A stretch of 64,000 nucleotides of DNA, from NCBI RefSeq assembly GCF_009914755.1, contig NC_060936.1. One strand, 5' to 3'. Shown here in pieces: positions 42,382-59,049 of this stretch. Position 1 is the first letter of the stretch; every line of letters starts with the position of its first letter. Below the pieces are notes generated by a model that did no database searches, was not told the DNA's origin, and was given only the letters and a program-made list of their open reading frames with translations. A program made the position numbers and the translations under genes. This DNA is from the human T2T-CHM13v2.0 reference genome, Homo sapiens.

Positions 42382-45300
42382 ATGCATGTAAGAGCTAGCC
42401 TTCACTAATAATTAATTCTTCAAGTGTTTGCTAATTTTGGTTTGTGAGTTCATCTTCCAAGAGGCTTTATGTATGATAACTTGATATAGCCTATTTGAGA
42501 GTACAACCCTTCCAGATGGGTTTGTCTTGCCATATGTCCCAGTGATGTTACAGGCCTAGAACCACTTTGTTTCCTTAACTTACTTATTATGAAAAATTTC
42601 AAGCATACACAAGAGTAGATACAATTGTATAATGAACCTCTATATTCTCATCACCGAGCCTTGATAACTATCAACTCATGCTCAATCTTGTCTTATCTGT
42701 ATGCTCCTATATTTCCTCCACACCCACACACTACACACACTACACAGTGGATTATTTTGCACTAAATCCCAGACTTTATATCATTTTATTTATAAATATT
42801 TTGCTATGTAAGTCGAAAGATGAAGACTAAAAAATAATCAATATACTAATAATACACCTAACAAGTTAATTTCTTAATAGAATCAAACCACTGTTTAAAT
42901 ATCCATGATTAACTCATTAATAGTTCCTCCTAGATTTGTCAAAATCAGGATCTCAATAAGATCTATACACTGCAGTTGACTCATATATTTCTAACATTTC
43001 CTTTACTCAAAAATTTACCCTTTGTCTCTCCTTTCTATTCTCTCTCTCTGTGTCTCTCTCTCTCTGTCTCTGTCTCTCTCCCCCTTACAATTTATTTATT
43101 GAAATAGCCAGGTTTTGGTTTATTTTTTCAGGATCACTTTCATGTTACTTTCTCATCTTAATAGGTTCCAGGACTAGGAAAGTAGTAGAAAAACCTCAAA
43201 CTGCCCCCCTGCATCTGTTGAGACAGAACAATTTTCTTGATGACTTCCAGTGCTAGTGGGCTAATTGTTTTTTCATTTTATAAGGGATGCTACGTTTTAT
43301 CCAGCATTTTACAGTGTTTTATAGGGAGAGAGTTTTCCTATAATTTAGTCCTTAATATTATGCAGAAATGAAACCTTTTGATGCTTTTTAGAAATTTATT
43401 TTGGATCAACTTGCAAGTTTCTTATCCTTTCTGAGCTGCAAGTTTCTATAAAATAGAGTAATATTTTTTACTTTATTGCATTGTTTGGGGGAAAATGAGC
43501 TAATGTATAAAAAGTAAGGAATACGAAAAAGGTACACTTTGTGGGTAGTGGGAATAGCTGAGCAGGATTTGACGAATAAGTGTGAGTGAATTCAAGATGG
43601 TTGAAAGAGTAGTACCATTACACTGGGTAGATAAGGAAAGAAAAGCACATTTTAGGTCAAAGGAACAAGTCATGTCCTATGACTGTTCAGCCCAGTTTTC
43701 ATCCATAATCAACTTTATTGCTTCACAATTCTGTTGGTTATGCTTATTTTGTCTTTTGAGGATATAACTGCAAGAATTCCCAGCAGTTCCTATCAAATAT
43801 GAATCTTAACCCACATACACAAATTTGTGTTATAATATGAAAATGAGACCCAAACCAAAGTGATTCTATTTGAAGATCTCCATGGTAAGTCATACACTGG
43901 GATAGCTGTCAGATTTCTCTTCTTGGTTTTCTGTAAATTGATGAAACACTCAGCCTTGGGTTCACTGGTTTAAAATGATGAGCTATTTGCAATTGTTTCA
44001 AGCAAGGTTTTTGGAACTTTTGAATTGTAGTCACTTTGTGCTGGCACACGTCTTACAGATCTTCCTAGCTTTCCAGCCTCACTTTGGCAGGAACATCAAA
44101 GAAAGCACACTATATCCATAAGATTTGGGGGATTCACACTCCTCTCATCCAGCTGCTGGTCACAAGTTCCAACTCATTTTTATCAGTTCCATTGGGTGGT
44201 TTTCTAATATCCTATAAAGCAACATAGGAGATACAAGTGAACATCTGCAAAGCACAGTGTGTGCTGAGAAACAGGGCAGTCACTTAACAAGCACATTTTT
44301 CTTCCCACTCTTTCTGTGCTTGGACAACAGATCTGGCTAAACTACACAGCAATGCAAATTACAATGTAACTTTGGTGGGAAAAATTATATAAAATTCTAG
44401 TTATCAAGTAGTTTCAAACAATGACAAAACCTACCACTTTGAATTAGAAAGCATGTATCTAGCCATACAAAGCGCTTTGGCTTGGCACATAAGTATTCCA
44501 TACTTCTTTACCAACCAATCAGAACTTTTATCACAACGTACTGGTGAATCCATTCTCATTTCTGGCAAATGCATGAGCAAAATTTTCTTAAGAAAATTGC
44601 CCATAAATTCTTAGATATTTTGTTTTTACAATGTGTTTTCCAAAGAGATCTAAATTTAACAAAGTTGTAGGTGAGGAAGCCCTGCTTTTGCATTATAATT
44701 TAATTAATTAGCATTTATTTTTGTTTACTTTGAATGTCTTTGCATGCTCATATGAAAATACATACATTTACAATAATTCAGATGTAGACCTGTCAGATAT
44801 CAACTCCTCAGGTAGAATGACAGTTAAAATAATAAAGGGGTGGATGTTAAACATGAGCTAGACTTAGGTGTGATTGAGCAAGTGTCTTTTCTCTTTAGAT
44901 CCTGAAAGGAAATACTTTTCTGTGATAGAATTTCTTGTCTAGAATTGACTTTTCCCTGAGAAATTTTGACCTGGATTTTTACCATCTTCTTTTAAAAATA
45001 ATCTCGCATGTCATCTTTGCAAAGTCAGTATTACAAATTGTTTCCCCCAACTCCCTGGAAAGATGTGGAAATGACCAGATGAGGCTCTGTGTCGAAACCC
45101 AAACCCCTCGTGGGCAGGCAGAACTTAGTTCTTCCATAAATAGGATTTCTACACTAGAGCTTTTCATCGGCAACTTTTACTCTAATGAAAAAAAAAAAGT
45201 AAAATCAGTGAAGCTCTGGGGTTGGCAATACCTAAGACAAATGAAAAGGCATTGAAAATCTTCCAGATATATCATAGGCCAAATAAAGTAGTCATTCGCA

Positions 45301-48300
45301 AAGCTTCCTAGACATAAAAAGTTGTTGCTAGCTACGATTTTGTTCACAGTGAAAAAGAAGCTTCTATTTTGAGCTTGGTTAGATAAAATGAAGAAAAAAC
45401 TTTTTTTTCAAGGTTATAATTAGTGCTCTGAGTTTTAACGCTGGTCCACTAATGTTAGTGTTTAGAGACAGATTGTTACAATGCTTCCCTCCTCTTGGTG
45501 GTCAGTTCTGCCGTAAACTCTTCGCTTTATATTTGCGCCCCTATTACTTCTGGAATTCGCCATGGATATCTGCACACTAAGTTTGGCTGAAACAATTGTG
45601 TTTTTTAAAAAAGTAATATTAACTTGAGGATCTCATATGGCCAGAAAAATAGTTTTAATTGAAAAGCATTTTTTTTTCCAGAAATTAAATGATTGTCATT
45701 GTAAAACCACAGTAGTGTAATCAGAGAAACATGCAGCTGGGCATGGGACATAGTTCCTAAGATTGGCATTTCCTGGGTAGTAGATTATATATAGGTTTGT
45801 AACAGAAATAAAAAGAGTCAGGAAAAGAAGTTTTATAACTCTTAGGTATTTGCAAACTATGTTAACATTGTTGGAAAGATTTTTGAAAAGTGGGTCCTTG
45901 CTATGAAAGCAAAATATCATCCTAGAGATGATGAAACCGAGGCTCCAAGGGTTAACTTCATCAGTCAGCTAGAAAGTGGTGGAGGTGGGTTTTGAACCAT
46001 TTCACTAGACCCAGAGCTAACATGCATGCACCACCTTGTTCTCTGTCTTTAGGTATGTGGCCCATTTTGCTGTAATACTTCACAGTTCCCTTTTGTTGTC
46101 CTTTCTCGGGGGCATTCATAGGTTGTCTATGAATCCTGTGAATTCTTAGATACTTATAGTGGATGCATGTTGTTGAAATAACAGAGCCAGCAAGGCTCTC
46201 AAACATCTACTTTTTTTTAAAGGGTTGCTGGGCATTACCAATTCATTTTTTAAGGGAGAACATATCACTTTAAGGATTTATTATTTGTATTTTACTAATC
46301 ACTGTATGTCATGTTTGTTGGGAAAAGAAGCTATGATGATAATTGCTACATTCTCCATAGCTCTTCTCAACAGCTGACAGGTTATCTATCTACTTATTTG
46401 TTTATGGTCTGCCTCTCCACTTTAGCCCCATCAAGGTAGGGATTTTTCTCTCTTCTTTTCACTGTAGTATCTCCAAGCCTCAAAGAGTACCTGGCACATG
46501 GTAGTTACACAAGGAATATTTGTTAAATGAGCAGAATGAGACGATTTCTAAGTTGTGACTGAGTGCTTATATTTACATCTGTTATTCATTTTCAGCTTGA
46601 ATTTGAGCACAGTTTGAGTTCCTGTGAGATGGGGGAAAACACCTACTACAATTCCAGGCACGTTATTTATGATATTTAAAAGCCAATTATTAACTGTCAT
46701 TTTCTCCATTTTGTATGTGATAAGACTGAGTCTCAATGACTAAGTCACGGTCCCCCAGCCTGCATGGTCATTTGGACCTCAAAGACTTTCTTTTTCACAC
46801 TGCCTTAGGATTGGTGCTTCAGCAATTCAGGAGAGGAGCAGATGGTAGAATGTTCTTCAGATCTCTGCAGTTCTTGCTTATAGTGCTGTCAGGATTCCTT
46901 CAGGCAGGTGGCTGTACCATGCAGTGGCTAAGAGCCAGGCTCTGCACTCTGACAGCACAGCCATCAATTCTGTGATATACAGTATATTTGCTATGTGACC
47001 ATGACATTATTGTCTCCATTTTATAGGTAGGGAAACTGAGGCTAAAAACAATTAAACAGCTTTGTCCAAGATCATTTAGCTAGCAAAGTAATTTGAGTCA
47101 AGATGCAAACTTTAATGCCCATGTTCTTACCACTGTGTAACCCTGTCTCCTTAATTATGTGTATAGTTCTATACTTGATTTTACAGAATCAAATAAGCAG
47201 TTATCATTTATTGAATGAACTGTTACTTGATGTTTCATGCTTTGCGCCATTTTCACCTTTCTCACTTTATCCAATTAGGGAAAGAGTACATTTTGTGTTC
47301 CTTTATCTTGCTTTTACCTAAAAATATAATGAAAAAGAATTAATAATAATAATAACAAATATAGGAAGGGGATATCATTCATAATTCTACCATATTTAAG
47401 CCCTATGTGATTAACACCAAAAATTTTGCCTTTAAAAAAATAACACATTGGGGGAAGCTGATTCAATGCTTCTTACATTATAAAATGGATGAGGGATTTT
47501 GATAAGTGATCAGCAAGGTGGGGGTTGTATAAGCTGCTGTCAGCTGCTCATATTCACATCTGGCATGGACTGGTCAAATGACATTACCCTTGGCAATACA
47601 TTTTCCTGTGCCTCAGTTCCTCTGGGGATTAAACTGTGATTTTCTAAAGGGCAAAGACCATATCTTCTTCTTTATACTCCCGGTCCCTACCACAGTAAAG
47701 GTTGAGCTAAATTCTGTTGGAGAGTGATACCTAGATTAGGGTGGCCATTGATAGCAAGATCTCAAAGATTATGCTGTAACCATTCTTCCTCTATTCCCAC
47801 AAATCAGGAAATAAGTACTATGATTTCTCCTTGGCACTCTCCTCTGTATCTTTATACAGATTCTGTAGGCTGATTGTAGGGATTCCAAGCAATTAGTAAT
47901 GAGTAATGTGCCAAACTTAGATACAAACCAATCTCACTTGTTAATGAGATACTTCTGTCAAAAGAGGGACCCAGAAAAGGCAGAAATGGGGTGGAGGTGC
48001 AGAAGCATGCTGGAGCATTGCTGATGGACTTGTGACAGCTGATTGCATGCATCTCTTCACAACTTTGCTCAGTGACTTTGTGTTGGTTATCTTGAAATCA
48101 GCCATGGTAGAAGTAGTCACACCATGGAAATTAGCAAATGCTACAAATAGCCTTTCTCTAACTGGTTGTTAGACATTTACCATCACACCACTGGAGAGGT
48201 GGTGCAATTTTAGAGGTGATTGTTTTGCTTTGGGTTAGAGTGGCTGATGCCCCTTAACAATAGCAGAATGCCACATCACACTGAATGATTTAGAGATGTT

Positions 48301-48724
48301 CCTCAAACCACCAGTCAGATACATTGAGGAAACAGGCTCTGCAATGAGGTCATATTTAAATAGCAATGAAGACATGGGGATTTCTCCCCCAATTTGAAGG
48401 ACTCCTATGATAGCAGAGACTAAATTTCTTTATGGGGAAACAAATGGAGCCAACACCTTTATAACACAATAGTAATACAAACAATTCAGGGGCAATGAAT
48501 GTATATCTAGCCTTTTACATTTCTAAAACATCAGTTTTCTCTCCCTTGAAAAATGCATTCTTGAGATGATTAAATGCAAGAATACATGTCAAGTGTTCAG
48601 CACGGGGCTTAACACTCTGTAAATATTCATAAATGGTATATTAGTAGTAGTAGTATATTATTGTTTATAATAAATGACTCTCTATAGGAAATTCTACTAG
48701 TCAGTGTGTCACTCTGGACCCCTA

Positions 48725-51041
<2,317 letters not shown>

Positions 51042-53079
51042 AGAAATGCAAATTGTCAGTCCTCACCCCAGACCTATTGGATCAAAAATTCTGAGGATAA
51101 GACCAATATTTACCCACCTTTTCAAGTGATCCTGAACCACTCTTAGGCTTTGTCTTACCATAAGGCAGTGGCAATGAGAATCCAGTAAAAATGTTTAAGT
51201 CATGCTAAAATATTCTCTCCAGTCTTTCTGGAATCTTGATTGGATAAGCAGCCTTTAATTGATCCGTGTGAAATGTTCTGTTGCATGTCATTTAATTTTC
51301 TGGTCTATTATGTGTTAACAGTCCTCCTAAGACTATCCTCAATTAACAGACTGTAACATATTTATCATTTGTTGAAAATCACTTCTAATACTTTATCTTA
51401 ATGTATATTAAATAGATGACAATCCATAGAAATTCTCTTAAGAAATATCTGGAGAAACATTTACAGTTCTGCTACTTCTCTTGGTGATCAATTGATTTTG
51501 TAAACATGAGAAGAGAGTTCATCTTGTTACTATATTGATTGGATTAAAGCACTTTAAATACAAAGGTGAAAGTTGATTAACTTACAGAAATAGAGTCCCA
51601 TTGCAGGTACACGATGAAACGGGGGTAAGGAAGGAGAAGAAAAACATTGAAAGGCATTTGACAGGGTAAGGTTGTATTCCCCAGACAACCCTGTCAAGCA
51701 GCTCTGTTGACAACAAAAAGAAGAAAACAAATAAATTGGAGGTTGTGTGAATGTCACAAGACCAGAATATAAATACATATGACATGGAGAGAGTAAATAC
51801 CAATAATTCTCATTCTCACAAAATGTTTTAGGATGATACCTTCCAGCTATGACAAGACCAAAAGGGAAAAAAAATAATAAGCAGGTAAATCTCCGAGACA
51901 CTGGTCCAGTATCTACCTTTTATTCATAATACAAACCCTCAAAAGACACCACTGCAGTTATAATAGGCCAAATAACAAAGACAAAGACAATGTGTGACAA
52001 GACTCAGGACTCGCACATCCACAAAAATGGATTTAACATTCAGAGACCATTTCAGCCCTGTCTAACTTTCTAGCTCACAAGAGAGAATGCAGACTTCACT
52101 CTGCATGGACAAAAAGATATCTTCAGGCAGAATGTGGAATTTAGGACTTCAGTTTTCTCTTCACGCTAAACCAATTGTAGAAACACACATCCAAAAATAA
52201 AGTGATGATTACCGTCTTTCTTTTTTCCATTAAAAATCACTTTAAGCTTTTCTTATCAACTTAATTATTTACATGCACATTGACTAAATCTTAACAAGCT
52301 CTTAAATGCTAGTTGCCCTGTTGCCTCTCAGCACTAGCCTTCCCAGTGCCACACACGTGCCATTTGCCTTTGTGCTCTGTGACACCACCATCTGGGTGTC
52401 TGGTCCAACAAGCGCCTTCTTGAAAACCTTACATAACTCCCCTTTTCCTGTGCCATGGGCTTCACCTCACCATATCTAATGGGAGCTCTGGCCTGGACTC
52501 TAGGAATGTCATTCCAGATAGGCCTGACGGGTCTCACTGCCCATTAACATGAGCTCCCCCTTCCCTGCTGGGAAGCCAGAATGCCGTGTCTTCCTGGCAC
52601 GTCCACGTCCTGCCAACTCAGGAGACAAAACCATTAGTCTACCATGAGAAATCTGGTTTTCTCTCCATGGCCAGAAAACCTTCAGTTTTCAGTACCAGTA
52701 AAGCCTACCCTTCTAAAACATGCTTACACTGAACATCAATAAACTCTTTGATAAAGAAGTCTTGTTACAACATGCAAAGCTGTAGGCAAAAAAAAAAAAA
52801 AAAAAAAAATGACAGTCCCCTCTCACCTTAGAACATATCAAGCCCTATCAGAAGGCCAAGAAATTAAAATATGTTGAATACATTTAAGCTTTATAGCAAA
52901 TACCCTGTACAAGAACCTAAATTGAAGCTTTCAAAAATCTAAAAGGACAAATCTAAAAGGATAATCCATTTCATGATTTTTAGATATGACATGACATAGA
53001 ACTATAATTATAAGAAATATACCCGAGATGCTTTCTGTTCAAAAAATTCAAAGATTCTTCATAACTGGGTAACTAACTA

Positions 53080-54060
53080 ACATAACTGGGCCCTTTTCTG
53101 TTTTCAGACTCTCTCTGGATGGGCCACTGTTTCCTATGGTGTCAATTGCTTCACATATGGTGATGACTAACAAATCCTTGTCTCCAACCCAGGCCTCGTT
53201 CCTGAGCTCTAAGCCCATATAGTTGTGATTTGTGTCCACGTGGGATCATCATTCCCCACTCCCATTCTGCCCCTCCTTTTCTATCTTATCTCATTAAATG
53301 TCCACACCACCCACCTGGCAGCACCTTCCTGATCTCTCCCTCTCTTCAGCTCTTACATCTTTACCTTAATCAGTCTTCAAAGCCTATGGATTCAGCTTTT
53401 TTACTGTCACTCAAACACACCCACTCCCTATCCCTACCTCTACCTGAGCTCAGACACTTATCATTTCTCAGGTGAAGAATGGCCTCTAGGTGATCTTCTC
53501 TTCCCAAGAATTGCTCCCATCCAATCCATTCTTCATAGCCAGAAGGACCATTCTAAAAGGCAAAGTCAGCCATGCCCTTCTGCTGCTGAAAATGTCCTAG
53601 TTGAAATCAAAGTCCTTTGTGATCTACTTCCTGCCTATTGCTGCAAACACATCTTTTGCCTTTTATTTTTTTTCTCTGCACTGGACCTAGAGGAATCCTC
53701 AAATGTTTACTCTGCCTTTCTTCATGCCTTTGCACGTACTATTACTCTCTCTGCACAGAATACCTTTCCTCACACTCTCCTTTTAGCCACTTTCTGCATA
53801 TCCTCAAAACTCATCTTTCTCCAGGAAGTTTTCATCAGGGTAGTCATTCCTTCTGGGTATTCCTATAGCAGATGTAGTCCTAGTACTTTTACAATATTCC
53901 AACTCATTATCCTCTCTTTTCCCACTGGACTGGGAGATCCTTAGATGCTGGATAGTCCTTGGTGTAAGGGCCTGTTTTGCCATCTCTCATTTCCCAGGAT
54001 CATACAATAACACAGGGCCTGCTTATTGTATGTCCTCCATAAAATTCTGTGAATTGAATA
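53080..54060 (+). mobile_element. L2 fragments
   Basis: Pyrimidine-rich L2-like motifs (ccaatccattcttca, ctttttcccactggactgggagatcctt, ataaaattctgtgaattgaat). Confidence 0.55.
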
Positions 54061-54977
54061 AGTCAAATGCTCTAGAATGAGGTCATGTGTTCCTATGCAA
54101 CTTCTTTCTGGAAGCCAGGGTAAATGAAGGCTACAAAGAAGTAGCTACTGCTGAAATTAGAAATTTTGTTCAAGTAGACGCACTGAATCAGATTTTTAAG
54201 GTGCTAGTTAGGCCTTATTACTGGAATGTGTCTCTTATGGAGACAAAGAGGAAAGTCTTGGTAATTGCCAACTTCAGCTGGTAGTCTCTAGCGAAGAAGG
54301 CAGTTACGTGGGAGAGCCTGACCCTGTGCACCTACAGACAGAAACTCACAGGCATGTGCCTAGGGATATAAGCAGGATTACAAACCTCAATCTGGTGTGT
54401 CACCAATAAACAAAAAGTAGGTCTTTCTTTGATTGTTTCAAGTTTTATAAATTCTTAATGTGAGAATAAATAGTAAACCCCTACAGTTCTTATCAAACTT
54501 ATCCTTCAATTTAGTATTTTTTACAAATGAGCTTTACAAAAAAGCTTCATCCTGACTTGAAAATGCCATGTTAGGGGCTACATGAATAACTTCAGTATCT
54601 TTACTTTTGTATGTGCCAGTCTTCTGCTGAAAAGCTGCCTCCCTGGGTCCTATCTGTTTTCTTTTCTCTCCAGATCTCTCCAGTCCATGCCATGCTCACA
54701 TGTTTTAATGCTGTGTCTCTCCACTGCAAATATTCCATCCTGCTATTAAACCAGGCAGCCATTTCCATTCAATGATGGAAAACCCTGGAAACAGTCTATA
54801 GTAAGAGAAGGCTTGGCTTTTGACTTCATGGTCCAGTAGAAATCTGAACAACCTACAACTTGGCAGTGGATGAGGGCATAGGCAGCTTATTGATTATGTA
54901 ACCGAAGGGAGAAGAGGATAGAAGTTTTACCTGAAAATGCCATGTTGGCTTTGCAAACAGTTTCTCCACCCTAACAG

Positions 54978-55057
54978 GGTTTGAAGCTGGCCCTGGGGTA
55001 GGAAATATGGTTTGAATCTGGCCTATGGTTTGAAGCTGGCCCTGGGGTAGGAACTAT
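54978..55057. repeat. Local tandem triplication of a 31-bp unit (middle copy internally deleted)
   Basis: ggtttgaagctggccctggggtaggaa(a/c)tat at 54978-55008 and 55027-55057, with ggtttgaatctggcctat between them. Confidence 0.9.
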
Positions 55058-55587
55058 GAATATGTGCAAACCAGTTGTTTAATGACTTGCTAGGTGACTC
55101 TCAGCTGCTCTTTCAACTTCTGTCTCTAGGATAATTGTGCTTATCAGGAAATGCAATTCTGTTGCTTATGTTTTCTATTTTGAAAGTGTGGAACTTTATC
55201 AATGTTTTAAGCTTTCCAAAATTGAATGTGAATAGATATACTTTGATTAGAAACTCTAAATCCTAGTTCTAAAAAGTCTAGTTCATGAAAAATAAAATGC
55301 GGTTTAAATAACAGGTTGAGTATATTTTGCCTCAAAGCTGCTGTTTCTCTGGCCAGCCTTCTTTCAGCAGGCATGTCCACCGTCTTTTTGTCACTGATAC
55401 ACCAAAGCTTGGAGGTCACTTCTGGTTTCTCCCTCTCCAGGTCCTCCCATCAGTTATGCAATAGCCAAGATGTATAGATTCAGCTTTTACTATGCCTGTC
55501 CTCCCCATCTCTTTCTCTGAATTTGCATGCTACTATCTGAGCTCTGGTTCACCTGATATATTGATCTTGCTCAGATTAGCAAAATAA

Positions 55588-56247
<660 letters not shown>

Positions 56248-56834
56248 TAGGATTTTGTAGCAATTATAGGAGGGAATACAATATAAAACAATTACAGGAG
56301 GAATACAATATAAAGCCCTTAGAAGAGCTCTAGCATGTAGTAAATATTCAGCTAATGTTAGTAATCATGTTTCATTTCTTTCAAGGACCATTTCAAATCC
56401 GTGTCGTAATGGAAGCCTTTTATATCGCCCAACTCAATGTAATTTCTTCCTCTTTTTGTACTTCTTTGAATAATATTTAACATGAAATGTCCTGCCTTAG
56501 AATTTGGTGTGCATTCATTTTGGCTTTCACCGGATTGTAAACTGATGAACACTGAGTAAACTTTATTCATCGTCATATACTCTGAAGGATCTTGTATAGC
56601 ACCTGGCATATCAAAAGAACTTAGTAAATGCTGGCTAAGTGGAAATCAATTGATTTTTACTAATTTTAAAGTGGTTTTCCACCAGTTGAAAGAAAAACAC
56701 AGTACATAAAGATAAGTAAAAGAAACGGACAGCTTTATAACATGGATGTGACTGCAGGAAGATACTGAGACTGATGTCATTTGAACGCACAACGTACCCT
56801 GATAACATCCTTTCTTCTGTGTTCTCCCTTGCAG

Positions 56835-56921
56835 GTCTGCTTAGTGGCCTATCTTGGCTTGTTTATGCTTTGTGTCTCATATCAGGTTGACGAACGGACA
56901 TGTATTCAATTTTCTATGAAA
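56835..56921 (+). CDS. SSPN: Sarcospan coding exon 2 (aa 94-122, VCLVAYLGLFMLCVSYQVDERTCIQFSMK)
   Basis: Acceptor tttcttctgtgttctcccttgcag| and donor AAA|GTAAGT. 87 nt, phase 0-0, continues TM2. Found by hand because it is too short for the ORF track. Confidence 0.96.
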
Positions 56922-59049
56922 GTAAGTTGTGATTGTTCTTTCTCTTTTATCATCACATAGAAAGAAATCCAAGTACAAAATAAAGGAGTGCCTTCTTAAG
57001 GGGTTGCATATCTGATTAGTCTAGAAATTGCATTTTTAGGCAGGCCAAAAAATGTTTTAAGAGGGCATTGATCCAGACCTCAAAGGTAATGCTGATTTTT
57101 TTTTTAAGTCTTAATTTCCATGAACTGGGTTGGCCTGGAGGATATGAAGTCTGTCCTTCAGTGCCCTTAAAAGGAATATTGAAAATTCATCAGTTCAACA
57201 AAACACTTGGCCAGAAAAAAGGTATCTCTTTCAGTGCCCACTTCCATATCTCGGGGGTTATTTGGGATATTTTAATAATGAAGCAGTCTAAGTGTATTTC
57301 CTCTTGTAGGTGGGATCACTGAGACAGAAAAAGTACATTGGGCGCATCCAAATGCTCTGTGCCAAGACTCTCAGGGCAAAGTGGGGGACGGGTGATGGGA
57401 TATGCGTGGTTTGGCAAGCGTGTGTGTCTTTCATTTGTGTGTATCTTTTTTCTGTTAGGGACAGTGCATTTGGCTGGAGCCAATTCAAGTACACAGCATT
57501 TTCACTGCACAACAGAATCTACTCCAAAGGGAAGCAAAGACACTACCTTTCAGAGTATAAGGACATAGACATAGAACTTAGCAATCAGAGCTAGTAGAAA
57601 GCAAATTCCTTCATTTTCTCTCAACTACTATAGCAAATAATACAAAGCTATCTTTAATCTTTTTTTTTTTAATTTGGTCCACTAACATTGTTTTTTCTTC
57701 TACAAGAAAACATATAAAAACTGGATTTTTTTGTTCACTACAATGAGAAAACATCAGACATAAAAGTAAGTGAATGACATTATTTGAAAGTTACTAAGGT
57801 GAAAAAAAATAAGGTGTGTTGGAAGATTCCAGTATAATTGAAGCTGTTGACATAAAAAAGCAAAGGGATGATATCTTTTAAAATCATGCTATAAAAAGTA
57901 ATTAATAGATACAAACATTTACATTATAATAACTAATTTTAAAAAGCTGGTTACACAAAATGTATGATATTATCCTACAGAAAAAATAAAAGCTCTTAAT
58001 GAGCATAGAAAATACAATTATCTATGAGTGGTGGGATTATATTTGCATTTTGCAGTTTTTCTCTAATTTTGAAATGTTCTCCAATAGTTATAACTTTTCT
58101 AAGTAAACAGTTAATAGATACTACTTTTTTAAATGATGAAGTTAGAATTTTGGTGGATATGCCTTCATTTGGAAATTATACTTTTCTGTCTGAGGACTTT
58201 CCTTGAAAGAAGGCCAGATAGAGTAGACATCAGTCTATGTTTACTATTTGTTTGGAGAGGTTTGACTAAACAGCAAGGCTTGGTGATTAAAAAAAAAAAA
58301 AAAAAAAGCCAGAAAGCTTAGTAAGAAATGGCCTGTTAAATTACAAGAACTTCATCCAGTAGCTGAAGAACACCCCAAACTAGGTTTTTATTAGTTTATG
58401 TGAAATACCCTCATTTTCCCCCCAGATGATCCCAGAAAACAGCAGAGTCAAAAGCATCAGCTTAAGAGAGACCCCAATGCCATCTCAGCATCTGCACCTT
58501 AGTTAAAATAGGGAGTAAGAGAAAAAAAATAGAAAAAAAAAAAAGTCACTGCCAATGTCAGCCAGGTTGAGGATTCCCCACTAGGAAGATCTCATTAGCT
58601 ACCTCTTTTTTTCCACCCGTGACAGGCATTGGCAAATACTGAGGCACTTTCCTCTTCTCCTGAACGTGACCTTTCTTGATGCTTGCTGCTAGCTCTCTAA
58701 GGTTGCATGCTACATTATCTTCAGGTTGAAAGTGAGCTTCAGCCCATCTCCAGATTTTCCAATGACACAACAGGGGACAGCTGACTTCCCTTATGCTTCT
58801 CACACTACTGGGGGGGCGAAGGCATAACATGCATCTTCATAGGGCGTTTCTCATCAGCATAGCCGCATTTTGGTGCCCCCATCTCGGGACCCTGGCCTAA
58901 GCTTTGTTAGAGGATTTATTTCCTCCTGTTGAATGCCCAGATAGCCAGGACAAGCAAACGGGCCATGATGACAGTCTCATTGTAGTCCACACGTGCACAC
59001 ACACGCACCCTCCCTTTCGCTTAGAGAAAATAGCCACGGGCTCTTTTTT

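Noticed and set aside
43690-43890. Strong donor ATG|GTAAGT at 43884/43885 and a minus-strand AATAAA at 43714-43719 (possible cryptic exon or antisense lncRNA end)
   Set aside because: The nearest acceptor is a rare GAG, and such hexamers are common here. I recall an antisense lncRNA overlapping SSPN but cannot define its exons from sequence alone.
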